A stretch of DNA of 64,000 bases. Origin: a virus. A program made the translations under genes and the position numbers. The stretch spans positions 17,729 through 81,728 of IMG/VR virus record IMGVR_UViG_3300047157_000126; one strand, given 5' to 3'. Below the pieces are notes generated by a model that saw only the letters and a list, made by a program, of their open reading frames with translations, had not been told where the DNA came from and searched no databases. This document shows positions 1 to 9,097 of the stretch, one piece after another. Positions within the stretch are counted from its first letter, which is position 1; every line of letters starts with the position of its first letter.

Positions 1-423
1 TTTTTCATAGACTCCTACCTTACCACTATCAATAGCAGCATTTGGGTCCATTGTAAAGTCTCTCGATGCCCTTCTTACCATGTTAGCCCTACGGTCTCTT
101 TTGTTTCCATCTACTCCTATGAAACAACCAACGAAAGTAGTGCTATTAGAACCACCACTAACTGTCGCTCTTCTAAGTTGAACATAACACTGTTCAAACC
201 AATCAATCAAAAGGTCTTCATCTTCTTCTTGAGGATTGTCACAGCCGTAGTCTTTCTTTATAGACTCCAAAAAGAAATCTAAAACTACATCAACTTTTTC
301 ATTAGTTCTTTCCGCGTGTTTTTCCACTCTTGTCATTACAGATTCAGGTAAATTACCATTGGCCCTGTTAAATCCGGCCACATTCTTTTGCTCTACGTCA
401 TCATATTCATATTCATTGTCCAT
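1..423 (-). CDS. Hypothetical replication-module protein (partial, runs off the left end); possibly ssDNA-binding
   Basis: ATG at 423-421 overlaps the RFC stop; frame is open to the window edge (MDNEYEYDDVEQKNVAGFNRANGNLPESVMTRVEKHAERT...). Function inferred from context only. Confidence 0.6.
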   Translation of the reverse strand, partial: MDNEYEYDDVEQKNVAGFNRANGNLPESVMTRVEKHAERTNEKVDVVLDFFLESIKKDYGCDNPQEEDEDLLIDWFEQCYVQLRRATVSGGSNSTTFVGCFIGVDGNKRDRRANMVRRASRDFTMDPNAAIDSGKVGVYEK

Positions 424-1403
424 TAGTTCTTCAACTCCTTTCTTAATTTTGCAATAAAACAATCCATGAATGCGGCATCACTGTCCGGCCACTCATAAAT
501 TGAATTCATCATATCACCGTATACGGCTATTATATCCCATAGTTTGGGGTTACTGTCTGTCACATCAAAGAAACTTGATATGTTCTGGTAGAAAGAGCGC
601 ATGATAAATATCCTATCTCTACCTTGGTTAATCGCTTTGTGGAATGCAACACGCATTTCCATCCATTCATTATCTAGACCAGCAACTGCTGAATCTGATA
701 TAACATCTATATCTCTAATTTTTTCAACTAACGCCTTTGGTGTTTTGTTTGTGCTTTCTAACACATTCACACAACTTCTCAAATCTCCACCCATTGTGGT
801 CACTAAACGTGGGAAATGCTCTTTCCAGTCTGAAAGTAAATCAAACCCGTTTACGTTACTCATTCCTAATGTTTCACAAACATTAGTTAAATGGATTGCA
901 CCTTCTTCTGCTGTTAGTGGTTTGAATTGATATACACTACATCTACTTCTTATTGCAGTTGTAATTTTATCTAGATTGTTTGCTGTCATAATAATCAAAC
1001 AATTACTAGCGTAGTTTTCTATAATTTGTCTAGCAGCATCTTGAGCAGCCTTAGTCAACCCATCTGCTTCATCCAAAAGTACTACTCTTCTTTCTGCGCC
1101 TATTGGTTTTGTGCTTGCTAATATTTTTAATTCACTTCTGATAAAATCAATACCTCGGTCATCGGAAGCATTCGACTCCACATAATTAACAGGGTCGTAA
1201 TAATCTCCTAACACATTCCTAGAGATTATTCTTGCAGCAGTAGTTTTTCCAACTCCCGGTCTACCATGTAGTAAAATAGCGGCGGGCCATGATTCATTTT
1301 TTCTCCATTCTTTTGCATCGTCTATGAAATCCTTCTGTCCTACTATTTTCTCAAGAGTCATAGGTCTAGCAATTTCATTCCAGTTACTTTGTGTATATCT
1401 CAT
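423..1403 (-). CDS. rfcS: Replication factor C small subunit (clamp loader AAA+ ATPase)
   Basis: W..IARP..L..IVGQ N-terminus, Walker A GRPGVGKT, NASDDRGID box, Walker B LLDEAD, SRC motif, GDLR; GAGGTGATT SD upstream. Confidence 0.93.
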   Translation of the reverse strand: MRYTQSNWNEIARPMTLEKIVGQKDFIDDAKEWRKNESWPAAILLHGRPGVGKTTAARIISRNVLGDYYDPVNYVESNASDDRGIDFIRSELKILASTKPIGAERRVVLLDEADGLTKAAQDAARQIIENYASNCLIIMTANNLDKITTAIRSRCSVYQFKPLTAEEGAIHLTNVCETLGMSNVNGFDLLSDWKEHFPRLVTTMGGDLRSCVNVLESTNKTPKALVEKIRDIDVISDSAVAGLDNEWMEMRVAFHKAINQGRDRIFIMRSFYQNISSFFDVTDSNPKLWDIIAVYGDMMNSIYEWPDSDAAFMDCFIAKLRKELKN

Positions 1404-1416
1404 TTAATCACCTCGA

Positions 1417-1520
1417 TGTATGAGAAGGAGTAGTGAAGTAACTTGTAGCCCAGCAAGGTTACAAGATAAAGGATTTACACACAATGAACGAAAATTTATT
1501 TTTTTACTCCTTCTCATACA
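1417..1520 (-). promoter_or_regulatory. Structured 5' leader of the RFC gene (16-bp perfect inverted repeat) overlapping a 37-aa uORF (1404-1517)
   Basis: TGTATGAGAAGGAGTA (1417-1432) is the exact reverse complement of TACTCCTTCTCATACA (1505-1520); inner hairpin at 1442-1465. Confidence 0.55.
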
Positions 1521-1521
1521 A

Positions 1522-2001
1522 TTACCCCTTATTCATTTCTTTATATAGAATCTTATATTCTTGCTCTTTAAGACCATCAAAATCTGACATCCATTTTACA
1601 GTTTCTTCAAAATCTACTGGTACATGCATACCCATTCTTCTGTTTGTCCTTGTAGGTAAAGGGTTTTCAAAAACCCACTCCATCAATTCTATCTTAGGTG
1701 CTTGTGAGAAATAGGGAATTAGTTTCGCTTGTTTAAGGAAATGAAACCATTTTTTAATATCAGACTCGCTGTAATAAAACTGCTTTAGTTCTATTCCTAT
1801 ATTTTCTAATTCCTCTTCTACTTTTTCAAGTAATTCATTTCTAGGATATACAAACAAGGTTTTCCAAGAAACCCATTTTCTTAACTTAAAACCACCATCG
1901 TATCTATCATCTCTTGATACTCCTGTGTATATATCTAAATCAGCACAAATGAAACCTAAAGTAAAACTCCAATCATCCATCATCTTCACCAAACATAACA
2001 T
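1522..2001 (-). CDS. Hypothetical protein, possibly degenerate LAGLIDADG-like fold
   Basis: Weak FTLGFICADLDI motif near the N-terminus; coupled to the upstream gene. Confidence 0.45.
   Translation of the reverse strand: MLCLVKMMDDWSFTLGFICADLDIYTGVSRDDRYDGGFKLRKWVSWKTLFVYPRNELLEKVEEELENIGIELKQFYYSESDIKKWFHFLKQAKLIPYFSQAPKIELMEWVFENPLPTRTNRRMGMHVPVDFEETVKWMSDFDGLKEQEYKILYKEMNKG
1532..1553 (-). promoter_or_regulatory. Conserved early promoter/operator motif, copy 1 of 9 (AGATTCTATATAAAGAAATGAA)
   Basis: Other copies at 6894, 9821, 13094, 17616, 19751, 21122, 21640 and 23068; all in the same orientation upstream of minus-strand genes. Confidence 0.75.
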
Positions 2002-3376
2002 CTACAACTTGTAATACATCATTCATCCCTAAGTCATCTCTGACTTCCACAAGCAGGGGGTCTACGATTGTAAGTGGGCTCTTTATGATAGTGGGAGTTA
2101 CTACTTCAACCACTATGCAATATTCACTAGATACTTCTTGCCATTGATTTTGTAAAACCATTCCTGTTCTTCTATTGATTGTGAATAACAATTGTCCTGT
2201 TAAATCCCCAAAAGTTTCCATTTCGCCCACTACAACAAAATCATCTATACCATCTAAAGCACAAACTTTGATAGAAATACTATCTTCGTTTTTCTTTACG
2301 GAATGAATTCTAAACGGTTTTCTCGCTAATGATTTCATCAATGTATAACCACCTTCTTCTGTCGGGTTATATGGGTTATTATTAGGGAATCTAATCATAT
2401 CATCATCGTGGGTTAAACTACCCCAGTGGTCTATTAACACAGGATGGTGGACTATTATTGGTTCATCTGAAAGAGACTCTTGAAATCGTTTTAATCTTTC
2501 ATCTAATTTGAGGTGTGCGTATCTTGGATAGATAGCATCATACACATGAAGAGTATCATTTACTGGTACGGTTTCTAATATCACAGGACCATTAATAGAC
2601 CACGATAGTTTTGGGGCTATACCTCTTGGAATCAATCTACCACTCCTATCTCTCCATACAAATCTAGAACCAGTAGGTTCGTTGATTATGTGGAGCATCT
2701 TGGTGCTTCCTTTATCTAAAACTCTCTGATAAAAACCACTGTTGTAATTAATAATTTTGTTCTGTCCTTCAGTAGATATATGAGGGTAAAACCGTCTTGG
2801 TGTTAATGCTAAATCTATGTCCTGATACCACAATTCCCCAGCATCTAAACTTAGAGGGTCAGTAAATAACACCTCTAGTAATTCGTAGGTCGGTTTTCTT
2901 TTAATGTGTCTATTCAATACCTGTGGTGATATCTTATTCCCACTTACTGATAATAAAAATGCAGTTTCAGTCATTACTTTCTCACCCATAATGAATCGCC
3001 AGAATAATTTTGCTTCTACTTCATCCATAGTATGAGCCGCTTCTAGAATTGAAATAGCACCCTCTGCTACACTTTCAGCATACATTATCATTTCATTTAC
3101 TGAGCGATTTCTAGGAGAGCCTTCGTTGCTCTCTCCTGCTAATGCTTTCCACACTTTTCTTTCACCAAGAACATCCATTACCACATCAATGTAAGTACCA
3201 ACTTCTTCTGCAAATCTATTTACCAGTGTGGTTTTATTTAAAAGGGGTTTGCTTGGTATGAATAGTTGATACAATTCCGTAGCGTCTTTGAAAGAATCCA
3301 CATCAGAGAACACTTGGTTTTTATTTACACCTAAGATAATATTCTCATGTAATCTAGCAGCATGAGTAAATCTCAT
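1973..3376 (-). CDS. ATP-dependent DNA ligase-like protein, apparently degenerate
   Basis: Helical N-domain with EAKLFWRFIMGE, WRDRSGR, HVYDAI..., LDERLKR and a C-terminal OB-like EVRDD motif; no recognisable KxDG motif. Confidence 0.55.
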   Translation of the reverse strand: MRFTHAARLHENIILGVNKNQVFSDVDSFKDATELYQLFIPSKPLLNKTTLVNRFAEEVGTYIDVVMDVLGERKVWKALAGESNEGSPRNRSVNEMIMYAESVAEGAISILEAAHTMDEVEAKLFWRFIMGEKVMTETAFLLSVSGNKISPQVLNRHIKRKPTYELLEVLFTDPLSLDAGELWYQDIDLALTPRRFYPHISTEGQNKIINYNSGFYQRVLDKGSTKMLHIINEPTGSRFVWRDRSGRLIPRGIAPKLSWSINGPVILETVPVNDTLHVYDAIYPRYAHLKLDERLKRFQESLSDEPIIVHHPVLIDHWGSLTHDDDMIRFPNNNPYNPTEEGGYTLMKSLARKPFRIHSVKKNEDSISIKVCALDGIDDFVVVGEMETFGDLTGQLLFTINRRTGMVLQNQWQEVSSEYCIVVEVVTPTIIKSPLTIVDPLLVEVRDDLGMNDVLQVVDVMFGEDDG

Positions 3377-3402
3377 GGTATCACCTAAATACGAAGATAG
3401 TT

Positions 3403-3714
3403 TTATTCTTGGTGGCTGTTATGCCCTTCTGAATAAGTCTCTTCTTCTTCCCATCCTGCTCTTTTCGCTGCTTCTCTCTCATCTTCTACATCGTTTACAA
3501 AATCTACCAGTCTAGGAATTAATTCTTTCAGTTGTTCTACTGTAAGTCTAACTCCGTGTCTAGTAGGTTGATTCTTACCATCTTGGATATTATTTATTCT
3601 CAAGTCTAACCAAGTCTTTTGATAGTATTCTATTCTTCTGGCGACTACATCACCTTTCCCATTCATCCATTTTCCTTCTAAACTAGAAGTTCTCCATAAT
3701 GTCTCATTACTCAT
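3403..3714 (-). CDS. PC4/YdbC-like ssDNA-binding protein
   Basis: KTWLDLR...PTRHGVRLTVEQLKEL resembles the PC4 signature (YVDIR...PTKKGISL..EQ). Confidence 0.75.
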   Translation of the reverse strand: MSNETLWRTSSLEGKWMNGKGDVVARRIEYYQKTWLDLRINNIQDGKNQPTRHGVRLTVEQLKELIPRLVDFVNDVEDEREAAKRAGWEEEETYSEGHNSHQE

Positions 3715-3863
3715 TCAATCACCTCTCTATATACTCTACTTAACCACGCAATTTCTTGTCTGTACCATTTATCCCAACAATATTGACATAAACCTTCTAT
3801 TCTTGCTAATCCTTTAGCCTTCATTTCAGAACCACATTTACCACAGTAACAATAATCACCCAT
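3711..3863 (-). CDS. 50-aa zinc-finger microprotein (not in ORF track)
   Basis: MGDYCYCGKCGSEM...LCQYCWDKW...; GAGGTGATT SD; ATGA overlap with the next gene. Confidence 0.6.
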   Translation of the reverse strand: MGDYCYCGKCGSEMKAKGLARIEGLCQYCWDKWYRQEIAWLSRVYREVIE

Positions 3864-3977
3864 TTAATCACCTCTCTTATCAAAACAAACTTTACAAATT
3901 GGTTTATTACCATACTGGTTTGTCCATATTCTCCCCTTAGTATTACATGAGTAACAAAAATCAATAACGTAATTCAT
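3864..3977 (-). CDS. 37-aa zinc-finger microprotein (not in ORF track)
   Basis: MNYVIDFCYSCNTKGRIWTNQYGNKPICKVCFDKRGD; two CxxC pairs; coupled overlaps at both ends. Confidence 0.55.
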   Translation of the reverse strand: MNYVIDFCYSCNTKGRIWTNQYGNKPICKVCFDKRGD

Positions 3978-4156
3978 TTTTTCAAACTCCTGAATCCTAT
4001 GGGAAGAGGTAATGTTTCTAATGCTCTACCTACCCCTTTTCTTCTGTAACAACCAGCACAGATAGTTTTCCCTTTTGATTTAGCAGATGCTGAAATTTTT
4101 ATTTTATGACACTTGATACAAAGAATGCGTGGTGAAGAACTTACAGGTCTAGACAT
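3974..4156 (-). CDS. Zinc-finger microprotein
   Basis: CIKC...CAGC; abuts neighbouring genes. Confidence 0.6.
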   Translation of the reverse strand: MSRPVSSSPRILCIKCHKIKISASAKSKGKTICAGCYRRKGVGRALETLPLPIGFRSLKK

Positions 4157-4873
4157 TTACTCCTCCTCGTCTGAATTAACAACAAAGCAGTAAGTCCCCC
4201 ATAACCAAGTTGGTACTTTCCCACCAGTAATTGGACAAGCATCACCGACAAGAACACCAGTCTGGTCTTTTGCTGCTTGAATCATTTCTCTTCTTGTCAT
4301 TGCTTGCATAACTCTTTTATCATCTATTTTATACCTCATAAACAATTTATCTCCCGCCATCAAATGATAATCATCAGGGTCTACATTGAATGCTTTATCG
4401 CAATTTGGACACTCATACAAGTAGCCCCAAATTTCTACTACATCTGTATCTCCGTTTTCCAATAATACTTCTTCGCTAGATAAAAATCTAGGAGTGAAAG
4501 TTTCATGTGGCATTTCTATTAATTTACTACCACACTCACATTTCCATCCATGTGCAATATCTATCTTGTGTTGTTGTTCTAACATGTAAGCCTCTTCAGG
4601 ATTAGCGGGAGCATCGAAGAGAACCTCTTCATTTTCAGCCATGTTAATTCCAATAGCCATCATTATAGTAGTAAAACGGGCGTGGTTTTCTAACACATCG
4701 GGATGATTCATCATCTTTGTTAACAACAAAGTATCATCTGACATTTTCTTATATGTTAACCCAGAACCTTCGGGCGCCCATATAGCACCTATCCCTAATC
4801 CACTCATCAAATCTTTAGCCCATTTTTTCATATCATCATTCATTTCAAAACTCATATTAATTCCTCTTTCCAT
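4157..4873 (-). CDS. Hypothetical protein with zinc ribbon
   Basis: CECG...CPNC; acidic C-terminus; likely start at MSFEM. Confidence 0.65.
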   Translation of the reverse strand: MERGINMSFEMNDDMKKWAKDLMSGLGIGAIWAPEGSGLTYKKMSDDTLLLTKMMNHPDVLENHARFTTIMMAIGINMAENEEVLFDAPANPEEAYMLEQQHKIDIAHGWKCECGSKLIEMPHETFTPRFLSSEEVLLENGDTDVVEIWGYLYECPNCDKAFNVDPDDYHLMAGDKLFMRYKIDDKRVMQAMTRREMIQAAKDQTGVLVGDACPITGGKVPTWLWGTYCFVVNSDEEE

Positions 4874-5169
4874 TTTTCATCAACTTTTACAAAGTCGAAT
4901 GAATTACATTTTGGACAAGGGTAAAGGATGAAACCATCAAAAACCATGACGGTTTCTTTTCCTGTTACTTCTTCCCCACACATTGTACATGCCTCGATGC
5001 ACTCCGCCGAAGTACATACCATAAGTAGTCTTTGGAGTTCTCCATTTACTTCTATGTGAATATCTATATCATGAATTGGTGCAGTAATACCATCGGGGTA
5101 TTTCACCTTACCACCTTCTATAAAATTAGAAACAGAAAACTCTATTTTTTCGTATTCATCTTCATTCAT
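4852..5169 (-). CDS. Hypothetical zinc-ribbon protein
   Basis: CTMC...CPKC; AGGTGATT SD. Confidence 0.6.
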   Translation of the reverse strand: MNEDEYEKIEFSVSNFIEGGKVKYPDGITAPIHDIDIHIEVNGELQRLLMVCTSAECIEACTMCGEEVTGKETVMVFDGFILYPCPKCNSFDFVKVDEKWKEELI

Positions 5170-5324
5170 TCAATCACCTTTTCTCCACAGAACTCACACC
5201 TCTTAGGAATGTTTTGCTTTGTTGTCTTTGTTGCATAACAATGTTTGCATTCAAAAATACGATGACCTAATCTCGTTGGGGAACGATGGACTTCACGCCA
5301 TACACTATTCCAAGTTTTATTCAT
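5166..5324 (-). CDS. 52-aa zinc-ribbon microprotein (not in ORF track)
   Basis: MNKTWNSVW...FECKHC...RCEFCGEKVIE; ATGA overlap with the next gene. Confidence 0.55.
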   Translation of the reverse strand: MNKTWNSVWREVHRSPTRLGHRIFECKHCYATKTTKQNIPKRCEFCGEKVIE

Positions 5325-5478
5325 TCAACCACCCCTTCTAATTCTTCAATGTGATTTAGAAGCAAAGAAACGTACTCTATTAGTTCTAATCTATCCATTT
5401 CATCGACTTTTTTAATTGCATCTTGAATTATACTCGTTTTAACCCATGCTGTTGTTGTATTAAACTTCATTTAATCAC

Positions 5479-5775
5479 CTACGCTCCTATTTCTTGAGAA
5501 CTCTTTCTTCTTCCTCTCATGGTACTCAACACAATCAAACTAATTGTATGTTCATCTTCCATACCGATGTTGAAGTTCATGGTTTCGGTAACTGTTTTCG
5601 CGTCGCTTTTTGATAAGTTCTCAAGTAAGTCTGATTTTACTGGTCTGAAACCATTTTGGTCTTCAATACACATAACTATCCTATATGAATCTCCATCACG
5701 TAAAGGATAGTAGACATACCTGTTTCCTTTTTTATGGTTATTTAATTCAATATTATTACTAACATATTTAATCAT
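5479..5775 (-). CDS. Hypothetical protein
   Basis: ORF in the operon with a GGTGG SD. Confidence 0.55.
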   Translation of the reverse strand: MIKYVSNNIELNNHKKGNRYVYYPLRDGDSYRIVMCIEDQNGFRPVKSDLLENLSKSDAKTVTETMNFNIGMEDEHTISLIVLSTMRGRRKSSQEIGA

Positions 5776-5916
5776 TCAACCACCTTACTCTTAATATGAA
5801 TAGTAGGATAATCACTATTAATATGTAAAATAAAACCAATAGTTCTATTTCCCTCTTCAATATAATAACTATTATTATCCGTTTTAAATTGAACCAATTT
5901 TAATTCATCACTCATT

Positions 5917-6150
5917 TTATTCAAACCCCATTTGTTCAAACTTTCTTAATAAAAACTCAAAAGACTTCTTAGCACCATCAAGTTGGTTTTTTCCGGGTTT
6001 TCTGAAAGATTGTGTAGACCCATGTATATTATCCCATTTCTCTTTACCCAACCTTTCGGGGAATAATTTCCGTAAGGTATAATTATCTTCTCTTTCAATA
6101 CTTTCAATAAAATGAATTAAGTGTCTTTTAGTTAATTTAGTATCACTCAT
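5917..6150 (-). CDS. Hypothetical protein
   Basis: ORF with a GGAGAGTGG SD, downstream of a structured leader. Confidence 0.55.
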   Translation of the reverse strand: MSDTKLTKRHLIHFIESIEREDNYTLRKLFPERLGKEKWDNIHGSTQSFRKPGKNQLDGAKKSFEFLLRKFEQMGFE

Positions 6151-6285
6151 TGAACCACTCTCCCTTTAGGTGCGACAGTAGAGAAACTTGCAGCCATGCC
6201 TATGAAGCAGTTGTTCTCCCAACCCTGTCGCCAGTCGAGAGATGAACTCAAGAAAAGAACTAGGTTAGTAATTCTTTCTATCATT

Positions 6286-6873
6286 TCACTCCTCTCCTAT
6301 CAAATATACATCATTTCCTTGAGTCGTCAAATCTTCTAATTCATCGGGGTCTACTCCAAGATATTTAGCCATTGCATTTTTTTTGCTATCTTTATCTAGA
6401 ATAGGTATCACACTAGACTTTGTTACTAATCTTGCTTCCTCTTCAGTCCACCACCCCATGTCTACACCATGAAAAGCCGCCATCACATACTCAGATGTTA
6501 CTAAATCGGTATCTTCATGGAATACTGGTCTAATTGCATCAACCGTGATGTTTCTATTCATAGGGTCTACATCTAGTGTTATAACTAAATTCTTTAGTAG
6601 AGGAATACCAACTTGGTATTCTTCAGATAAATCCTCCAGTAACATTTGCCATATGAAATAGTCAACCAAATCAGTTTTTAGTATATCTCTTCTTACAAAA
6701 GCCCAAGCGCTGTGTTGAGTAGATGTATCATCTACTAGATTCATTACATTAGCAATAGTCTTTTGTCGTTCAGATATTCTATTCCAAGTCCTGTCAGGAA
6801 TTAAAACCCCATCTATTTTTTCTTTCGCTTCCAATATTTTATCATACATTTTTCCATCTTTTATTTCATTCAT
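6286..6873 (-). CDS. Hypothetical protein
   Basis: Directly downstream of promoter motif copy 6894-6915 and a GGAGATGA SD. Confidence 0.7.
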   Translation of the reverse strand: MNEIKDGKMYDKILEAKEKIDGVLIPDRTWNRISERQKTIANVMNLVDDTSTQHSAWAFVRRDILKTDLVDYFIWQMLLEDLSEEYQVGIPLLKNLVITLDVDPMNRNITVDAIRPVFHEDTDLVTSEYVMAAFHGVDMGWWTEEEARLVTKSSVIPILDKDSKKNAMAKYLGVDPDELEDLTTQGNDVYLIGEE

Positions 6874-6914
6874 TTTTATTCATCTCCTTCTTTTTCATTT
6901 CTTTATATAGAATC
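6865..6914 (-). repeat. 50-bp exact repeat (promoter motif + SD + start), identical to 9792-9841
   Basis: TTCATTCATTTTTATTCATCTCCTTCTTTTTCATTTCTTTATATAGAATC at both positions. Confidence 0.9.
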
Positions 6915-6999
6915 TAACTGTTGTATTCATAACCACAAATCCTACACTTAGTTTCTCCTTTTACTCTTGGGTGCGATGTTTTGCACTTGCTTTTTTTAT

Positions 7000-7281
7000 T
7001 CATGCTTCTTCCTTTACTATCTTCTTTATTTCTTTTATGTCTAATCCGTATTCAATATGTTCTTCTGGGATATACTTACTCCTTTTCTCTAACATATTAA
7101 AAATCACTTTGGTAATATTACTGGCTGCTTTATTGAACCTTTGTTCAGCCACTTTATCTCCATTTGGTATTCCAATCATCTTTATTTCATTAACAGACTC
7201 ATGGAAAGTTTGCTCTACTTTTGTAACTAATAACGCCTTTAGTATTTCATACTCAGCGTGTTTTACACTCTTGAATCTCAT
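7000..7281 (-). CDS. Hypothetical protein
   Basis: ORF with a GAGGGTGA SD. Confidence 0.55.
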   Translation of the reverse strand: MRFKSVKHAEYEILKALLVTKVEQTFHESVNEIKMIGIPNGDKVAEQRFNKAASNITKVIFNMLEKRSKYIPEEHIEYGLDIKEIKKIVKEEA

Positions 7282-7285
7282 GCTT

Positions 7286-7591
7286 TCACCCTCGTTTCTT
7301 CTTCAAATCATCAATTGTGTCTCTCATGTTAAGGACATCTAAATGTTCATAAGTATGGAAATCGTCATTTTGCTTGTTTTGTCTAAACTCTAACTCTCCA
7401 ATTAAAATATTCAAACCTCTCTTGGAATCTCCGTTCCTACTTTGTTCTTTGTAATAATTATAAGCCCATTCAATAAACTGTTCTCTATTCTTGTGATATG
7501 AAGACACTTTGAAATCTTCCACATCTTCTAAAATCACTTTAACTCTTTCATCTAGTTCGTTATCTTCCTTTAATATACTTTTCCAACTCAT
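7286..7591 (-). CDS. Hypothetical protein with MSWKSILK N-terminus
   Basis: N-terminus resembles the W-x-x-(I)L-K leader of the late array. Confidence 0.6.
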   Translation of the reverse strand: MSWKSILKEDNELDERVKVILEDVEDFKVSSYHKNREQFIEWAYNYYKEQSRNGDSKRGLNILIGELEFRQNKQNDDFHTYEHLDVLNMRDTIDDLKKKRG

Positions 7592-7785
7592 TCTACTATC
7601 TCTCCTTCTAAGGTTACTTTCTGTTTACAAGAAAAACAAATAGGTATCATCAACTCTCCACCTTGACTATAATCGGTGTAAATCCATACTGTTGCGCCAC
7701 AACATTGAGTGAGATGTATATCTAAACCATTACTCGGTTTATCATCACTCATTCTTGCATCACCCCTGTCCAATACACAAGCCAC
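7588..7785 (-). CDS. Small zinc-binding hypothetical protein
   Basis: TQCCG...CFSC; likely start at MSDDK. Confidence 0.5.
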   Translation of the reverse strand: MACVLDRGDARMSDDKPSNGLDIHLTQCCGATVWIYTDYSQGGELMIPICFSCKQKVTLEGEIVE

Positions 7786-8061
7786 TCTAATTTCTCAATC
7801 AACTCATCTTGGTCTATCTCATCTAACTCATACTTAATCCACATCTCTTGGAGATAGTATGCAAGGCTATGTTTTGAGTTGGATGACATGTTATCCACTT
7901 CATACCGTATTTTACCCCTCATGCTTTCACCCTCGTTTCTTCTTCACATACATTACAGTAGGGATGTTCTTCACAATCATCTGTAATCTTCATTTCCTGA
8001 TTCACCCACATCTTAAACTCCAAATCAGTAGAGCCGCAGTGTGTACATTCAAACTTGTATG

Positions 8062-8571
8062 TCATGCCGTCACCCCCATCCACCAGTCAGGCGGGCTTGT
8101 GTGTCTGTAATGCACACCGCCTTTACTGTCTGCTTTGCTGTGGTAGTAGGCTCTGTACGCTTTGACTGCATCATCATCTTTGTATTCATCAGGCATGGCC
8201 TGAGCAAATGGTGTAAGGTCACCTTCAGGGATGTATTCTATCCATTCTATCATGTGTATTATTGGCTGCTTACATGCATGTTCTTTGAGGAAACGTTGTT
8301 CATACTCCCTGCACAAAGCCAAAGCGTGTGTCGCAAGCCATGAGAAGTTAGCACGTGTATCTCCCGCAAAAATTGTGCATGGGTGATTTTTGTACCCGCC
8401 CTTGTATGGCCGCCCCGCCTTCGTCAACGGCATTCGTTCCTTTGGTGCTCCATGTCTACGCAAGGCTGATGCCATCATTTGCGCTGACTCAGTGACCATC
8501 TTAGGCACTCTAACACAGTCCATTGCTGCTGCTGCTTTTATTGGGTCATTATCTAATACAAATATATTCAT
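8062..8571 (-). CDS. Pyrimidine-dimer DNA glycosylase/endonuclease V-like protein
   Basis: MNIFVLD..P..AA...D..V.KM..ESAQM...YK..YKNHPCT...QAMPDEYK..DAV.AYR.YY is the typical phage family signature; start corrected to 8571. Confidence 0.75.
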   Translation of the reverse strand: MNIFVLDNDPIKAAAAMDCVRVPKMVTESAQMMASALRRHGAPKERMPLTKAGRPYKGGYKNHPCTIFAGDTRANFSWLATHALALCREYEQRFLKEHACKQPIIHMIEWIEYIPEGDLTPFAQAMPDEYKDDDAVKAYRAYYHSKADSKGGVHYRHTSPPDWWMGVTA

Positions 8572-8897
8572 TCTTCTTCCTCCCTGAACCAACCATCCAC
8601 TTTTATTTCTTCTTCATCATCTTCTTCATCGTCAAAGTAATCAACATAGTTTTCCGTTCTCCGAAAGGTTATTTCTACGGTATCATCACGTGGTATTACA
8701 CTACTTCCAACATGACCATAACGGTTTTCTCCCATATTCCATAGTCTGTTACCTTCTTTCTCAGCAATACGTTTTACTTCACTTTCAGTTAATTGTTTGC
8801 CGCATGACTGTACTTCCCATTGCTGTACTCTTACACTTTTACTTGTAATTGTGTAAGTGAAAGTTTTTTCCCACTCCTCTCTTAAGGCCATCTTCAT
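8568..8897 (-). CDS. Hypothetical protein with acidic tail
   Basis: Coupled ORF ending in EEE. Confidence 0.55.
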   Translation of the reverse strand: MKMALREEWEKTFTYTITSKSVRVQQWEVQSCGKQLTESEVKRIAEKEGNRLWNMGENRYGHVGSSVIPRDDTVEITFRRTENYVDYFDDEEDDEEEIKVDGWFREEEE

Positions 8898-9097
8898 TCA
8901 ACCCACCCTAATTTTAAGTCTTCTAGTATTGATTCAAGACACAAAGTATGTTGTTGCGATTCACTACATTTTCCACATTGTATAGTTACAAGCACATCTT
9001 CACCACTATTAATTACCTCAAAATTACCTACATACACATAATCATGTAAACATATATGTTCGTCTAAATATTCTTGGCCTCTTCCATCTTCGCTCAT
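8894..9097 (-). CDS. Small hypothetical protein (CxH...CxxC)
   Basis: Start MSEDG follows a GGAGGAAGAAGA junction. Confidence 0.5.
   Translation of the reverse strand: MSEDGRGQEYLDEHICLHDYVYVGNFEVINSGEDVLVTIQCGKCSESQQHTLCLESILEDLKLGWVE

Larger units (their letters stand above)
7277..7946. repeat. 29-bp direct repeat (7277-7305 and 7918-7946) flanking a small-gene cassette
   Basis: CTCATGCTTTCACCCTCGTTTCTTCTTCA at both ends. Confidence 0.85.
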
